A stretch of DNA of 62,349 nucleotides from Clostridiales bacterium (GCA_022775805.1 JALFKB010000102.1:1-62349), one strand, 5' to 3'. Numbered from the stretch's first letter, positions 19,907-29,846 are shown. Notes: generated from the letters alone by a model not told the origin. Numbers and translations: made by a program.

Positions 19907-20877
19907 TGAAAACTATCCCAATAGGAAATACAGACATAATGATAACACCTGTAGGAATGGGTGTTCTTACCATTGGAAACACACAGCTGAACCTGCCCCT
20001 TGCTGAGGGTGCGAAAATTGTCAGATATGCCTACGATAAAGGCATTAGGCTCTTTGACACAGCTCAGTTTTATGAGACGTATTCTTATATCAGAGAGGCA
20101 TTCAGAGACATTGACATGTCTTCTAACAATCCCGACAGGCCTGTTATTGCAAGCAAGAGCCTTGTTCTCTCCTACGGGGAAATGGAGGATGCAATTCAGG
20201 AATGCCTTGAGGTTCTTGACATTGAAACCATTGATATTTTCAAGCTTCACGAGGTCAGGGAGGATCCCGACTTTGACGAAAGAGCAGGAGCATGGCAGTG
20301 TCTTCTGGATTACAAAGAGAAGGGAATTGTCAGAGCCATTGGCGTTTCAACTCATAATGTGGATGTTGTTAACAGGATGGCGGATATTCCGGATTGCGAC
20401 ATAGTTTTTCCTCTGATTAACTATGCTGGTCTGGGAATCAGAAGGGGACCGGGACCGGGAACAGCTGATGAAATGGCTGCTGCAATTAGGAACTGCCTGG
20501 ATAATGGCAAAACAGTATTCGGAATGAAGGCCTTCGGAGGAGGAAATCTCACAGGTTCATACATGAAGGCTCTGAACTATGTTCGGGATACAGGGGTTCA
20601 GACCATGATGATAGGCTTCGGCAAAAAGTCGGAAATCGATGATATAGTCAACTATGCAGAGGGGAAACTCCCTGAGGACTATCAGCCTGAGGTGAGCTTC
20701 AAGAAGATTCGCATCGATCAGGGAGACTGTGAGGGCTGCGGTGCCTGCATTGAGAAGTGCGAGAGCAGAGCAATATTCAGAAACGAGCTTGGACTGGCTG
20801 ATGTGGATCACGACAAGTGCCTTACCTGCGGTTACTGTGCACCTGTTTGTCCCGTTAGAGCAATAATCATGTGGTAG
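19903..20877 (+). CDS. Aldo/keto reductase with C-terminal 2x[4Fe-4S] ferredoxin domain
   Basis: FDTAQFY, IGVSTH, MKAFGGG. CEGCGAC...C and CLTCGYC...CP. Confidence 0.88.
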   Translation: MMKTIPIGNTDIMITPVGMGVLTIGNTQLNLPLAEGAKIVRYAYDKGIRLFDTAQFYETYSYIREAFRDIDMSSNNPDRPVIASKSLVLSYGEMEDAIQECLEVLDIETIDIFKLHEVREDPDFDERAGAWQCLLDYKEKGIVRAIGVSTHNVDVVNRMADIPDCDIVFPLINYAGLGIRRGPGPGTADEMAAAIRNCLDNGKTVFGMKAFGGGNLTGSYMKALNYVRDTGVQTMMIGFGKKSEIDDIVNYAEGKLPEDYQPEVSFKKIRIDQGDCEGCGACIEKCESRAIFRNELGLADVDHDKCLTCGYCAPVCPVRAIIMW

Positions 20878-20913
20878 CTGCAGACACGTTGTGTATACAT
20901 ACTTTAATGTATT

Positions 20914-20951
20914 AAAAGTCCGTTGTTATGGCGGGCTTTTTATGTTATATT
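20914..20951 (+). terminator. Terminator hairpin with overlapping promoter for the DUF1015-gcv operon
   Basis: AAAAGTCCGTTG-TTA-TGGCGGGCTTTTT. TTGTTA-17-TATATT with extended TGn overlaps it. Confidence 0.65.
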
Positions 20952-20998
20952 TTTATATATTATTAAACGATAAATTGGATTAGAAGGAGACGATTATC

Positions 20999-22222
20999 AT
21001 GAGCAAAACAGGTTTTTCGGCAGCTGATATTCTGCTGCCCTCAAATGGAAACTACGAGAAATGGGCTGTTGTAGCATGTGACCAGTTCACATCACAGCCT
21101 GAGTACTGGGAAAGAGTTGAGAAGAATGTCGGCGACAGTCCTTCTACCTTCAGAATAATTCTTCCGGAAGCACAGCTTTCCGACGGCCATACGGAAGAGC
21201 ACATAGCCAAGATAAATGCCACCATGAAGCAGTATCTTGAAGATGGTGTTTTCACTGAACACCCTGATACCATGATTTATCTTGAAAGAGTTCAGTCGGA
21301 CGGCAAGGTGAGAAAGGGACTTATAGGCAAGATAGATCTGGAGGAATACGATTATTCCGTTGGTTCCACTTCTCTTGTTAGAGCTACCGAGGGAACGGTT
21401 CTTGACAGAATCCCTCCTAGACAGGCTGTAAGAAGAGACGCTGCCGTTGAGCTTCCTCACGTTATGCTGCTCATTGATGATGTTGATAATACAGTAATAG
21501 GACCTCTTAAGGACTGCACCGAAGTTGTATATGACTTCGACCTCATGGAGGGAGGCGGACATGCCAAGGCATGGTTTGTTCCTGAAGAGCTTAAGGCTTC
21601 AGCAGCTGCTGCCCTGGAGAAGCTTGCAGATGAACAGCCTCTTCTCTTCGCTGTTGGAGACGGAAACCACTCCCTGGCATCAGCCAAGGCTCTCTACGAA
21701 GAGGAAAAGGCAAAGTTCGGTCCTGGAAGCGAAAACACACTTCCTTCAAGGTATGCACTTGTTGAAATAGTGAATCTCTACGATACAGCTCTTGAATTCG
21801 AGCCTATTCACAGAGTTCTCTTCGATGTGAATCCTGAGGCTCTTATGGATGCTCTTAAGGCTGAATATCCGGGTACATATGAAGGTAAGGGTGAAGGCCA
21901 CGTAATTCAGTATGCATATGACGGTGCTGAAGGCTTTATTACAATTCCTGATCCGAAGGCTCAGCTGGAGGTGGGTACACTTCAGAGCTTCCTTGACAAG
22001 TACATAAAAGAAAACGGCATAGGCATCGACTATGTTCACGGTGATGAGATTACAATAGAACTCGGCAAGAAGCCGGGATGCATGGCATTCCTTCTTCCTG
22101 CAATGGACAAGGGTGACCTGTTCAAGTCCGTTATCAATGACGGTGCACTTCCGAGAAAAACTTTCTCCATGGGTCATGCCGAGGACAAGAGATACTACAT
22201 CGAAGCAAGAAAGATAAAATAA
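20999..22222 (+). CDS. DUF1015 family protein
   Basis: WAVVACDQFTS, RATEGT..DRIPPR, GDGNHSLA, LPRKTFSMG. Confidence 0.85.
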   Translation: MSKTGFSAADILLPSNGNYEKWAVVACDQFTSQPEYWERVEKNVGDSPSTFRIILPEAQLSDGHTEEHIAKINATMKQYLEDGVFTEHPDTMIYLERVQSDGKVRKGLIGKIDLEEYDYSVGSTSLVRATEGTVLDRIPPRQAVRRDAAVELPHVMLLIDDVDNTVIGPLKDCTEVVYDFDLMEGGGHAKAWFVPEELKASAAAALEKLADEQPLLFAVGDGNHSLASAKALYEEEKAKFGPGSENTLPSRYALVEIVNLYDTALEFEPIHRVLFDVNPEALMDALKAEYPGTYEGKGEGHVIQYAYDGAEGFITIPDPKAQLEVGTLQSFLDKYIKENGIGIDYVHGDEITIELGKKPGCMAFLLPAMDKGDLFKSVINDGALPRKTFSMGHAEDKRYYIEARKIK

Positions 22223-22252
22223 TGCAAGTTTGATATGAATACGGAGGATATT

Positions 22253-23341
22253 ATGGAACTCAAAACACCACTGTACGAAAAACATCTTGAATACGGCGGC
22301 AAAATGGTACCTTTCGGAGGATACATTCTGCCGGTACAGTACAAGGATTCAGGCGTTATCAAGGAACACATGGCTGTTCGTACCGCCGCTGGCATGTTTG
22401 ATGTTTCCCATATGGGAGAAATTATATGCGAGGGACCTGATGCACTTGCAAACCTTCAGATGCTCCTTACAAACGATTTCACAAACATGGTTGATGAGCA
22501 GGCAAGATATTCACCTATGTGCAACGAGAAGGGCGGCACAGTTGACGACTTGATTGTCTACAAGATGAACGACAACAAGTATTTCCTGGTTGTAAATGCT
22601 GCAAACAAGGATAAGGATTACAAGTGGATGTGCGATCATCAGTTCGGCGACGTAACATTTACAGATGTTTCCGACCAGTATGCACAGATAGCAGTTCAGG
22701 GTCCAAAGGCAAAGGATATCATTTCAAAGATCTGCAAGCCGGGAAGCATTCCTGAGAAGTACTACTATTCTGTAATGGGTGCTGAGGTTGCCGGCATTCC
22801 TTGCATCTTCTCCACAACCGGCTATACGGGAGAAGACGGAGTCGAACTCTATCTTCCGGCAGCGAAGGCTCCTGAGATGTGGGATGCAATTTACGAGGCA
22901 GGTAAGGATGATGGCCTCATTCCATGCGGTCTGGGTGCCCGTGATACCCTGAGAATGGAAGCAGGCATGCCTCTCTACGGTCATGAAATGGATGACGATA
23001 TCTCACCGAGAGAAGCAGGACTCATGTTCGCAATCAAGCTTAAGAAGGAAGAGGACTTCATCGGTAAAAAGCCTATGGTGGAAGCAGGCAAACCTGCTGT
23101 TGTAAGAGTGGGACTTAAGATTACCGGCAGAGGAATTGCCCGTGAGCATCAGGACATCTATGTTGGTGACGAGAAAATCGGATACACAACCTCCGGAACC
23201 AAGTGTCCTTACTTCGACTATCCTATCGCCATGGCCAGAGTTCCTAGAGAATACAAGGAAATCGGCACTAAGGTTGAAATCGATGTAAGAGGCAGAAGGG
23301 TAGAGGCTGAGGTCATCGAGCTGCCGTTCTACAAGAGATAA
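22253..23341 (+). CDS. gcvT: Glycine cleavage aminomethyltransferase T
   Basis: TPLY, FDVSHMGE, TGYTGEDG, GLGARDTLRMEAG..LYG. Confidence 0.97.
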   Translation: MELKTPLYEKHLEYGGKMVPFGGYILPVQYKDSGVIKEHMAVRTAAGMFDVSHMGEIICEGPDALANLQMLLTNDFTNMVDEQARYSPMCNEKGGTVDDLIVYKMNDNKYFLVVNAANKDKDYKWMCDHQFGDVTFTDVSDQYAQIAVQGPKAKDIISKICKPGSIPEKYYYSVMGAEVAGIPCIFSTTGYTGEDGVELYLPAAKAPEMWDAIYEAGKDDGLIPCGLGARDTLRMEAGMPLYGHEMDDDISPREAGLMFAIKLKKEEDFIGKKPMVEAGKPAVVRVGLKITGRGIAREHQDIYVGDEKIGYTTSGTKCPYFDYPIAMARVPREYKEIGTKVEIDVRGRRVEAEVIELPFYKR

Positions 23342-23395
23342 ATTATTGTTCATCATTGTTTTCATTCATCAATTAATTTATAAAGGAGAATAAAA

Positions 23396-23776
23396 ATGGA
23401 ACTTAAGAAAGACGCACTTTATGCAAAATCACATGAATGGGTAGTTATTGACGGCGATACTGCTACAATCGGCATTTCAGACTTCGCACAGTCAGAACTG
23501 GGAGATCTGGTATTCGTAAACCTGCCTGAACCGGGTGATGAAGTGGAAGCAGGAGAAAGCTTCGCAGACGTTGAATCAGTAAAGGCTGTTTCAGATATCT
23601 ACTCTCCTGTATCCGGAACTGTTGCAGAAATCAACGAAGAGCTTCTGGATGCTCCTGAACTCATTAACGAAAACGCAAACGATGCATGGTTCATTAAGGT
23701 TGAAGGAATTACTGCAAAGGCAGAGGAGCTTCTTTCACCTGAGGAATACGAAGCATTCTGCGCAGAGGAAGCATAA
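23396..23776 (+). CDS. gcvH: Glycine cleavage H protein
   Basis: SHEW, GISDFAQ..LGD, lipoyl-Lys motif ESVKAVSD. Confidence 0.97.
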   Translation: MELKKDALYAKSHEWVVIDGDTATIGISDFAQSELGDLVFVNLPEPGDEVEAGESFADVESVKAVSDIYSPVSGTVAEINEELLDAPELINENANDAWFIKVEGITAKAEELLSPEEYEAFCAEEA

Positions 23777-23808
23777 ACATATCTGAGTAAACAAGAAAGG
23801 TGGCACAA

Positions 23809-25119
23809 ATGGGCACTTTTGTTCCTAATACCAAAGAGCAACAGCAGGAAATGCTGAAGGAAATCGGCTTCGAAAAGCTGGATGACCTGTTTGAACACAT
23901 TCCCGATGCTGTTAAATTCCAGGGAGAACTGAATCTCCCGGACGGAATGTCGGAGATGGAAGTCAGCAGAGCCATGAAAAAGATCGCATCAAAGAACGTA
24001 GTATTTGATTCGGTATTCCGTGGCGCCGGCGCATACAGACATTATATTCCGTCAATTGTAAATACTGTAGTAAGCAACGAAACCCTCCAGACGGCATACA
24101 CACCGTATCAGGCTGAAATCAGCCAGGGCATCCTCCAGTCAATCTTCGAATATCAGACAATGATATGCGATCTCACCGGAATGGATGTTTCCAACGCATC
24201 AGTGTATGACGGAGGCACCGCAGCCGGAGAAGCTGTAGCAGCCTGCAGAGGCCGCAAGGCAAACAAAGCTATAGTATCAGCCTGCATCCAGCCGTCGGTA
24301 ATGAGAGTTATCGAAACATACTGCTTCGGAAATGAGATGGAGCTGGTTGTTGCTCCTGAAAAGGATGGAGTAACAGATGTTGAGGCTCTCAAAGAACTGA
24401 TGACTGACGACACTGCCTGCGTTCTTATCCAGCATCCGAACTACTACGGAAATCTGGAGGACGCTAAAGCAATTGGAGAGATAGCTCATTCCGTTAAGAA
24501 CTGCAGATACATCATGTCCGTAAATCCTATAACCCTGGCAATCATGAAGACTCCTAGAGAATACGGAGCAGATTTCGCCATAGGTGAAGGACAGCCTCTG
24601 GGTATGGCACCGGCCTTCGGCGGTCCATATCTTGGATTCATGGCAAGCGTTGATTCCATGAAGAGAAACCTGCCGGGCAGAATCGTAGGCCAGACTGTAG
24701 ACCACAACGGCAAGACAGGCTACGTTCTGACTCTCCAGGCCAGAGAGCAGCATATCAGACGTGAGAAGGCCTCCAGCAACATCTGTTCAAATCAGGCACT
24801 CTGCGCTCTGACAGTTGGCGTATATCTGTCGGCAATGGGTAACACAGGTCTCACCAAAGTGGCAACCCAGTGCTATTCCAAGGCACACTACATGGCACAG
24901 AGATTTGCTGAAATCGGTTTCGAAGTACCTTCTGTTGAATTCTTCCACGAATTCGTTACAACCTCAGACAAGTCATCTGACGCCATTCTGAAGGCTCTTG
25001 AAGAAAAGGGAATTCTCGGCGGACTTGCTCTTGACGACAACAGAATTCTCTGGTGCTGCACAGAAATGAACAGCAAGGCAGATATTGACGAAGTTATAGC
25101 TATTGTGAAGGAGGTGTAA
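23809..25119 (+). CDS. gcvPA: Glycine dehydrogenase subunit 1
   Basis: TAYTPYQAEISQG, NASVYDG, GGPYLG, REQHIRREKASSNICSNQAL. Confidence 0.97.
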   Translation: MGTFVPNTKEQQQEMLKEIGFEKLDDLFEHIPDAVKFQGELNLPDGMSEMEVSRAMKKIASKNVVFDSVFRGAGAYRHYIPSIVNTVVSNETLQTAYTPYQAEISQGILQSIFEYQTMICDLTGMDVSNASVYDGGTAAGEAVAACRGRKANKAIVSACIQPSVMRVIETYCFGNEMELVVAPEKDGVTDVEALKELMTDDTACVLIQHPNYYGNLEDAKAIGEIAHSVKNCRYIMSVNPITLAIMKTPREYGADFAIGEGQPLGMAPAFGGPYLGFMASVDSMKRNLPGRIVGQTVDHNGKTGYVLTLQAREQHIRREKASSNICSNQALCALTVGVYLSAMGNTGLTKVATQCYSKAHYMAQRFAEIGFEVPSVEFFHEFVTTSDKSSDAILKALEEKGILGGLALDDNRILWCCTEMNSKADIDEVIAIVKEV

Positions 25120-25122
25120 GTA

Positions 25123-26562
25123 ATGCTGGTATTTGAAAAATCAAGACCCGGTAGAGGAATAAGCGCACTTCCTGAGTGTGATGTTGATATCTACACACTT
25201 CCCGATGAGGATATGAGAGAAACAGATCTGCACCTGCCGGAAATGGCGGAGGTTGATCTGTCCAGACACTATACAGAACTGGCAAAGAAGGCTCACGGCG
25301 TAAATGACGGTTTCTATCCGCTGGGTTCATGCACAATGAAGTATAACCCTAAGGTAAACGAGAAAACCGCTTCCTTCGATGAATTCACCCAGATTCATCC
25401 TCTTCAGCCTGAGCACACTGTACAGGGATGTCTTCAGGTTATCAAGGAAACTGAGGAATCACTGGCAGAGATTACAGGCATGTCGAATTTCACACTTCAG
25501 CCTGCAGCGGGAGCTCACGGAGAGTTTACTGGACTTCTTCTCATCAAGGCTTATCACCTGGCTAACGGAGATACCAAGAGAAAGAAGATTATCGTACCTG
25601 ACTCCGCTCACGGAACAAATCCTGCTTCGGCGGTAATGGCCGGAATGGATGTTATCAATGTTGACTCCACACCTGAAGGACTTGTGGATGTAGCCAAGCT
25701 GAGAGAGGTGTGCGAAGGAAACGATGAAATCGCCGGTCTCATGCTGACAAATCCAAACACTGCAGGATTATTCGACCCTAACATCAAGGAGATTACCGAT
25801 ATAATCCACGAGTGCGGCGGACAGTGCTACTACGACGGAGCAAACCTCAATGCCATTATGGGATGGGCAAGACCCGGAGACATGGGCTTTGACTGTGTTC
25901 ACCTGAATCTCCACAAGACATTCTCAACTCCTCACGGCGGCGGCGGTCCGGGATCAGGTCCTGTTGGCTGCAAGGAGCATCTGGCAAAATTCATGCCTGG
26001 CCTGACAGTTGAGGGAGAAGAGGGCAGCCTTGCCTTTGCGAAGGCATCCGAAAGTCTTGGCGAGATGAAGAATTTCTACGGAAACTTCCTGGTTGTTGTG
26101 AAGGCGCTGACTTACATCAAGATGCTTGGCAAGCAGGGAATTCCTGAGGCATCAAAGAATGCTGTTCTCAATGCAAACTACATGATGAACAAGCTTTCAG
26201 CCAAGTACGACATAGCATTTAACCCTAAGGTTTGCATGCATGAATTCGTTATGGATATCGCTCGTCAGGCGAAGGAAACAGGGGTAACAGCAATGGATAT
26301 TGCCAAGGGACTCCTTGACAATAACATTCACCCGCCTACAATGTACTTCCCGCTGACTGTTCACGAAGCCCTTATGGCAGAGCCTTGTGAAACAGAATCA
26401 AAGGAAACACTTGATGAGGCCATCAAGGTGTTCCTGGAGCTCAACGATCTGGCATATTCGGATCCTGAAGCACTCCATGCGGCACCTGTGAAAACTCCTG
26501 TTACAAGACTGGATGAGGTCGGAGCAGCGAGACATCCGGTTCTCAAATACGAATTTGAGTAG
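25123..26562 (+). CDS. gcvPB: Glycine dehydrogenase subunit 2
   Basis: PLGSCTMKYNP, QPAAGAHGE, SAHGTNPAS, NLHKTFSTPHGGGGPG. Confidence 0.97.
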   Translation: MLVFEKSRPGRGISALPECDVDIYTLPDEDMRETDLHLPEMAEVDLSRHYTELAKKAHGVNDGFYPLGSCTMKYNPKVNEKTASFDEFTQIHPLQPEHTVQGCLQVIKETEESLAEITGMSNFTLQPAAGAHGEFTGLLLIKAYHLANGDTKRKKIIVPDSAHGTNPASAVMAGMDVINVDSTPEGLVDVAKLREVCEGNDEIAGLMLTNPNTAGLFDPNIKEITDIIHECGGQCYYDGANLNAIMGWARPGDMGFDCVHLNLHKTFSTPHGGGGPGSGPVGCKEHLAKFMPGLTVEGEEGSLAFAKASESLGEMKNFYGNFLVVVKALTYIKMLGKQGIPEASKNAVLNANYMMNKLSAKYDIAFNPKVCMHEFVMDIARQAKETGVTAMDIAKGLLDNNIHPPTMYFPLTVHEALMAEPCETESKETLDEAIKVFLELNDLAYSDPEALHAAPVKTPVTRLDEVGAARHPVLKYEFE

Positions 26563-26575
26563 ACTGTAATCAGCT

Positions 26576-26610
26576 GTGGCAGAGATAACATTATCTCTGC
26601 CACTTGTTCT
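26576..26610 (+). terminator. Perfect 13-bp inverted repeat after gcvPB
   Basis: GTGGCAGAGATAA-CA-TTATCTCTGCCAC followed by TTGTTCT. Confidence 0.65.
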
Positions 26611-26649
26611 ATGATGCACGAACTCACGGAATTGATGGAGGATATGTCA

Positions 26650-27111
26650 ATGAAAGCGTATTTAGATGCGAAATGCAATGTGTTTACCGAACACATGGAG
26701 GTTCCGCCTGAATTTCAGGGTGAGTACGAACTGCTGTGCGAGGATATTTATTCACTGGGAGACCTATGCGGTGAAGACTATAACAAATTTGAAGAGCAGT
26801 TTGTTTCAACAGGGCTTTCTGAACGTTATAACAGCCTTCTTGCGAGATGCAAGCCAAAAGCTGTGAAGATGACCCGTGAACAGAAATTGACATCAATGAA
26901 GGGTTATTCCCAGATCTTCACACCTAAGAATATTGCCAAGGAGGCGGCAGGCATGGCTGTTACAGAACTTCAGGAAGAAGCCATCGCCATGAGGCGGGAG
27001 AAGATGATTGAGGACGGAGTCTTCGATGATTATACCAGGGCGAGCAACAGTGTCGAAGCCGCCGTAAGTACCGGCAAATTCATTTTTGACAAATTCAGAA
27101 AGAGAAAATAG
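26650..27111 (+). CDS. Hypothetical protein
   Basis: ORF with GGAGG 8 nt before ATG 26650, between gcvPB and lpdA; no family recognised. Confidence 0.7.
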   Translation: MKAYLDAKCNVFTEHMEVPPEFQGEYELLCEDIYSLGDLCGEDYNKFEEQFVSTGLSERYNSLLARCKPKAVKMTREQKLTSMKGYSQIFTPKNIAKEAAGMAVTELQEEAIAMRREKMIEDGVFDDYTRASNSVEAAVSTGKFIFDKFRKRK

Positions 27112-27118
27112 AGGAGAA

Positions 27119-28552
27119 ATGATGAACAATAAATTTGATCTTGTGATAATAGGTGCAGGCCCGGGAGGATATGTTGCTGCCATCAAAGCAGCCAAGGCAG
27201 GAATGAATACTGCCATCGTTGAGAACATACGGGTTGGGGGAACATGCCTTAACAGGGGCTGCATTCCTGCAAAGGCAATGATACACGCTTCATCACTGTA
27301 TGAAGAGATGCACAGCGAAGCCGAACTTGTCGGTATCAAAGCCGATGGAATTTCCTATGATTACAGCAAAATCGTTGATTATAAGCAGGGAACTACCGAT
27401 GAACTTGTTGCCGGTATAGAAGGACTGCTGGAGGGTAACGGAGTTACAAGATTCAACGGCAAGGGAACACTGGAGAAGGACGGCAGCGTAACGGTTAAGC
27501 TTAAGGAGGCTGACGAAGATGGCAATGAATCCATAAGTCTGGAATCGGGAAAGGTTCTGCTGGCTACAGGCTCAGTTCCGTCACTTATTCCTATTCCGGG
27601 CATCGATCTTAAGGGTGTTGTTACAAGCGACGGCGTTTTCGCTCTGTCAAAGATGCCTGAAAGCATGGTTATTATTGGCGGAGGCGTAATAGGTGTTGAA
27701 TTCGCAACAGTATATGCCAACCTGGGTGCCAAGGTAACCATTATTGAAGCCCTTCCAAGAGTTCTTCAGAACATGGACAAAGAAATATCCCAGAATCTTA
27801 AGATGATATTCAAGAAAAAGGGAATCGATATCCACACAGGGGCTTCAGTTAAGTCCATAGAAGAAATAGATGAAGGCCTTCGCGTTAACTACGAAGAAAA
27901 GGATAAGCCTGCCTCCGCCACAGGAAAGCTGGTAATCTGCGCTGCCGGAAGAAAGCCTAATCTTGACGGTCTCTTCGGAGAGGGTGTTGAAATCGAAATG
28001 GACGGAAAGTTCGTTGCGGTTAATGACAGATTTGAAACAAGCATTCCTGATGTATATGCCATAGGTGATATCATCAACGGCACACAGCTTGCCCATGCGG
28101 CCAGTGCCCACGGCAGCTGTGCTGTGGATTTCATGAACGGAAAGGAACCGGAGCTTAAGCTCAGCTCAATTCCTGGCTGCGTTTATACAGATCCAGAGAT
28201 AGCCCAGGTTGGAATTACCGAAGCTGACGCCAAGGATCAGGAAATAGATGTTATTACCGGTAAATTCATCATGAGCGCCAACGGCAAGTCCCTTATTACA
28301 CATGAGGAGAGAGGTTTTGTAAAGGTTGTTGCTGATGAAAACACTCACAAGGTTCTGGGTGCTCAGATGATGTGCGCCCGGGCTACGGATATGATTGCCG
28401 AGTTTACAACCGCCATCGCTAATGACATGACAGTGGAACAGCTTCTTTCCGGCATCAGACCTCATCCTACCTATAATGAAGGTATTGCAGAAGCACTTGA
28501 AGATTGTATAGGTGAATCAACTCATACAATGCCGAAAAGACGCAGGAAATAA
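27119..28552 (+). CDS. lpdA: Dihydrolipoyl dehydrogenase (GCS L protein)
   Basis: GAGPGGY, GGTCLNRGCIP, GGGVIG.E, HPTYNE. Confidence 0.96.
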   Translation: MMNNKFDLVIIGAGPGGYVAAIKAAKAGMNTAIVENIRVGGTCLNRGCIPAKAMIHASSLYEEMHSEAELVGIKADGISYDYSKIVDYKQGTTDELVAGIEGLLEGNGVTRFNGKGTLEKDGSVTVKLKEADEDGNESISLESGKVLLATGSVPSLIPIPGIDLKGVVTSDGVFALSKMPESMVIIGGGVIGVEFATVYANLGAKVTIIEALPRVLQNMDKEISQNLKMIFKKKGIDIHTGASVKSIEEIDEGLRVNYEEKDKPASATGKLVICAAGRKPNLDGLFGEGVEIEMDGKFVAVNDRFETSIPDVYAIGDIINGTQLAHAASAHGSCAVDFMNGKEPELKLSSIPGCVYTDPEIAQVGITEADAKDQEIDVITGKFIMSANGKSLITHEERGFVKVVADENTHKVLGAQMMCARATDMIAEFTTAIANDMTVEQLLSGIRPHPTYNEGIAEALEDCIGESTHTMPKRRRK

Positions 28553-28567
28553 TAATCTGCATTAATT

Positions 28568-28598
28568 AAGGGCTTTTCCTTTGGGAAAAGCCCTTTTT
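28568..28598 (+). terminator. Terminator after lpdA
   Basis: AAGGGCTTTTCC-TTTG-GGAAAAGCCCTT plus Ts. Confidence 0.85.
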
Positions 28599-28629
28599 CA
28601 TACATGTAAAGCAAATAAATCATACTAAT

Positions 28630-28670
28630 TGTAAAATATACTTGACATATAGTAAAGTATGGCATATACT
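28630..28670 (+). promoter_or_regulatory. Sigma-A promoter with overlapping palindromic operator
   Basis: TTGACA(28642)-17-TATACT(28665). TGTAAA-N6-TTGACA imperfect palindrome at 28630-28647. Confidence 0.7.
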
Positions 28671-28694
28671 CTAATTGTTAAAGGGAGGTAAGAT

Positions 28695-29201
28695 ATGAAT
28701 ATAGCATATGGTATAGGTTTTATTTGCGGATTGATTTTTGTAGTCGCTGCAGCGTTTATCATTAGGAAACTTATATTTAGGAAAAAGGCTGTATATGATG
28801 AGAGACAGAAGATTGAACAGGGTAAAGCCTGCAAGGCGGGATTCTATTTTCTCCTGGCATACTGTCTTTGCTTCGGATTTGCGGACAATATATTTGATTT
28901 CCGGTTTACACAGCTGCCGATTATGTTTGGAGGAGCTCTGATTTCCGTAATGATTTATGCGGTGTACTGCATTTGGAAGGAAGCATATTTCCCGATTAAC
29001 CAGAGCAGCATCAAGTGGATTGTCCTGCTGATTGCAATAGGAGGAATTAACATTTTCGTAGCCGTAATGAACAGATCGGTTAATATGGAATCCTCGATAA
29101 TTAACGGAATGTGTGCTGCCATGATACTGATTATCAGTGTGATATCCCTGATAAAACTGCTTATTGTAAGGAGAAGCTGCCATGAAGAATCTGAGACTTA
29201 A
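28695..29201 (+). CDS. Multi-pass membrane protein of unknown function
   Basis: About 5 hydrophobic segments, YDERQ motif after TM1, RBS GGGAGG. Overlaps the XRE gene. Confidence 0.8.
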   Translation: MNIAYGIGFICGLIFVVAAAFIIRKLIFRKKAVYDERQKIEQGKACKAGFYFLLAYCLCFGFADNIFDFRFTQLPIMFGGALISVMIYAVYCIWKEAYFPINQSSIKWIVLLIAIGGINIFVAVMNRSVNMESSIINGMCAAMILIISVISLIKLLIVRRSCHEESET

Positions 29202-29394
29202 AGCGGCACGAGCCGCCAAAGACCTGTCACAGCAGGCCCTTGCAGAGAAAGTTGGAGTAACAAGACAGACAATAAACGGAATAGAAAAAGGGGATTACAA
29301 TCCTACAATAAAGCTGTGCCTGTCAATATGCAGGACCCTTGACAAGACTCTTGACGACTTGTTTTGGGAGGATTCCCATGATAGTGAGGAATAA
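29182..29394 (+). CDS. XRE/Cro-C1 HTH transcriptional regulator
   Basis: LKAAR...LSQQALAEKVGVTRQTI..IEKG.YNPTIKL...LDDLFW. Confidence 0.92.
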   Translation: MKNLRLKAARAAKDLSQQALAEKVGVTRQTINGIEKGDYNPTIKLCLSICRTLDKTLDDLFWEDSHDSEE

Positions 29395-29455
29395 CGCCAC
29401 CAATGATGTCTGCACAGACTATATATAAGCTGTCAGACCATCAAAATGCTTCTAA

Positions 29456-29846
29456 GATGCCCTCTAAGGTTGAGTCCTGGAGGGTTTTGTTGTATACTTA
29501 AATAAGTCTTGCAATTAACCCGTTATACCGGGATATCATAAGAAAGGAAACGATAATCACATGGAAAAAATGGGCTTAAACAAAATTAGGGAAGAGTTCC
29601 TCAGCTTTTTTGAATCTAAGGATCACTTCAGGAGACAGAGCTATTCACTTGTACCTGAAAATGACAAGAGTCTGCTGCTGATTAATGCTGGCATGGCACC
29701 CCTGAAGCCGTATTTTGCCGGAATAGAAACACCTCCGTCAAAGAGAATGACAACCTGTCAAAAGTGCATCAGAACAGGTGATATCGAAAACGTGGGCTTC
29801 ACTGACAGACACGGCACTTTCTTTGAAATGATGGGAAATTTCTCCT
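29456..29846 (+). repeat. Diverged direct repeat, copy 1: alaS promoter, leader and first 95 codons
   Basis: Aligns to 30103-30493 (offset ~647 nt). About 88% nucleotide identity in the coding part by manual comparison. Confidence 0.95.
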
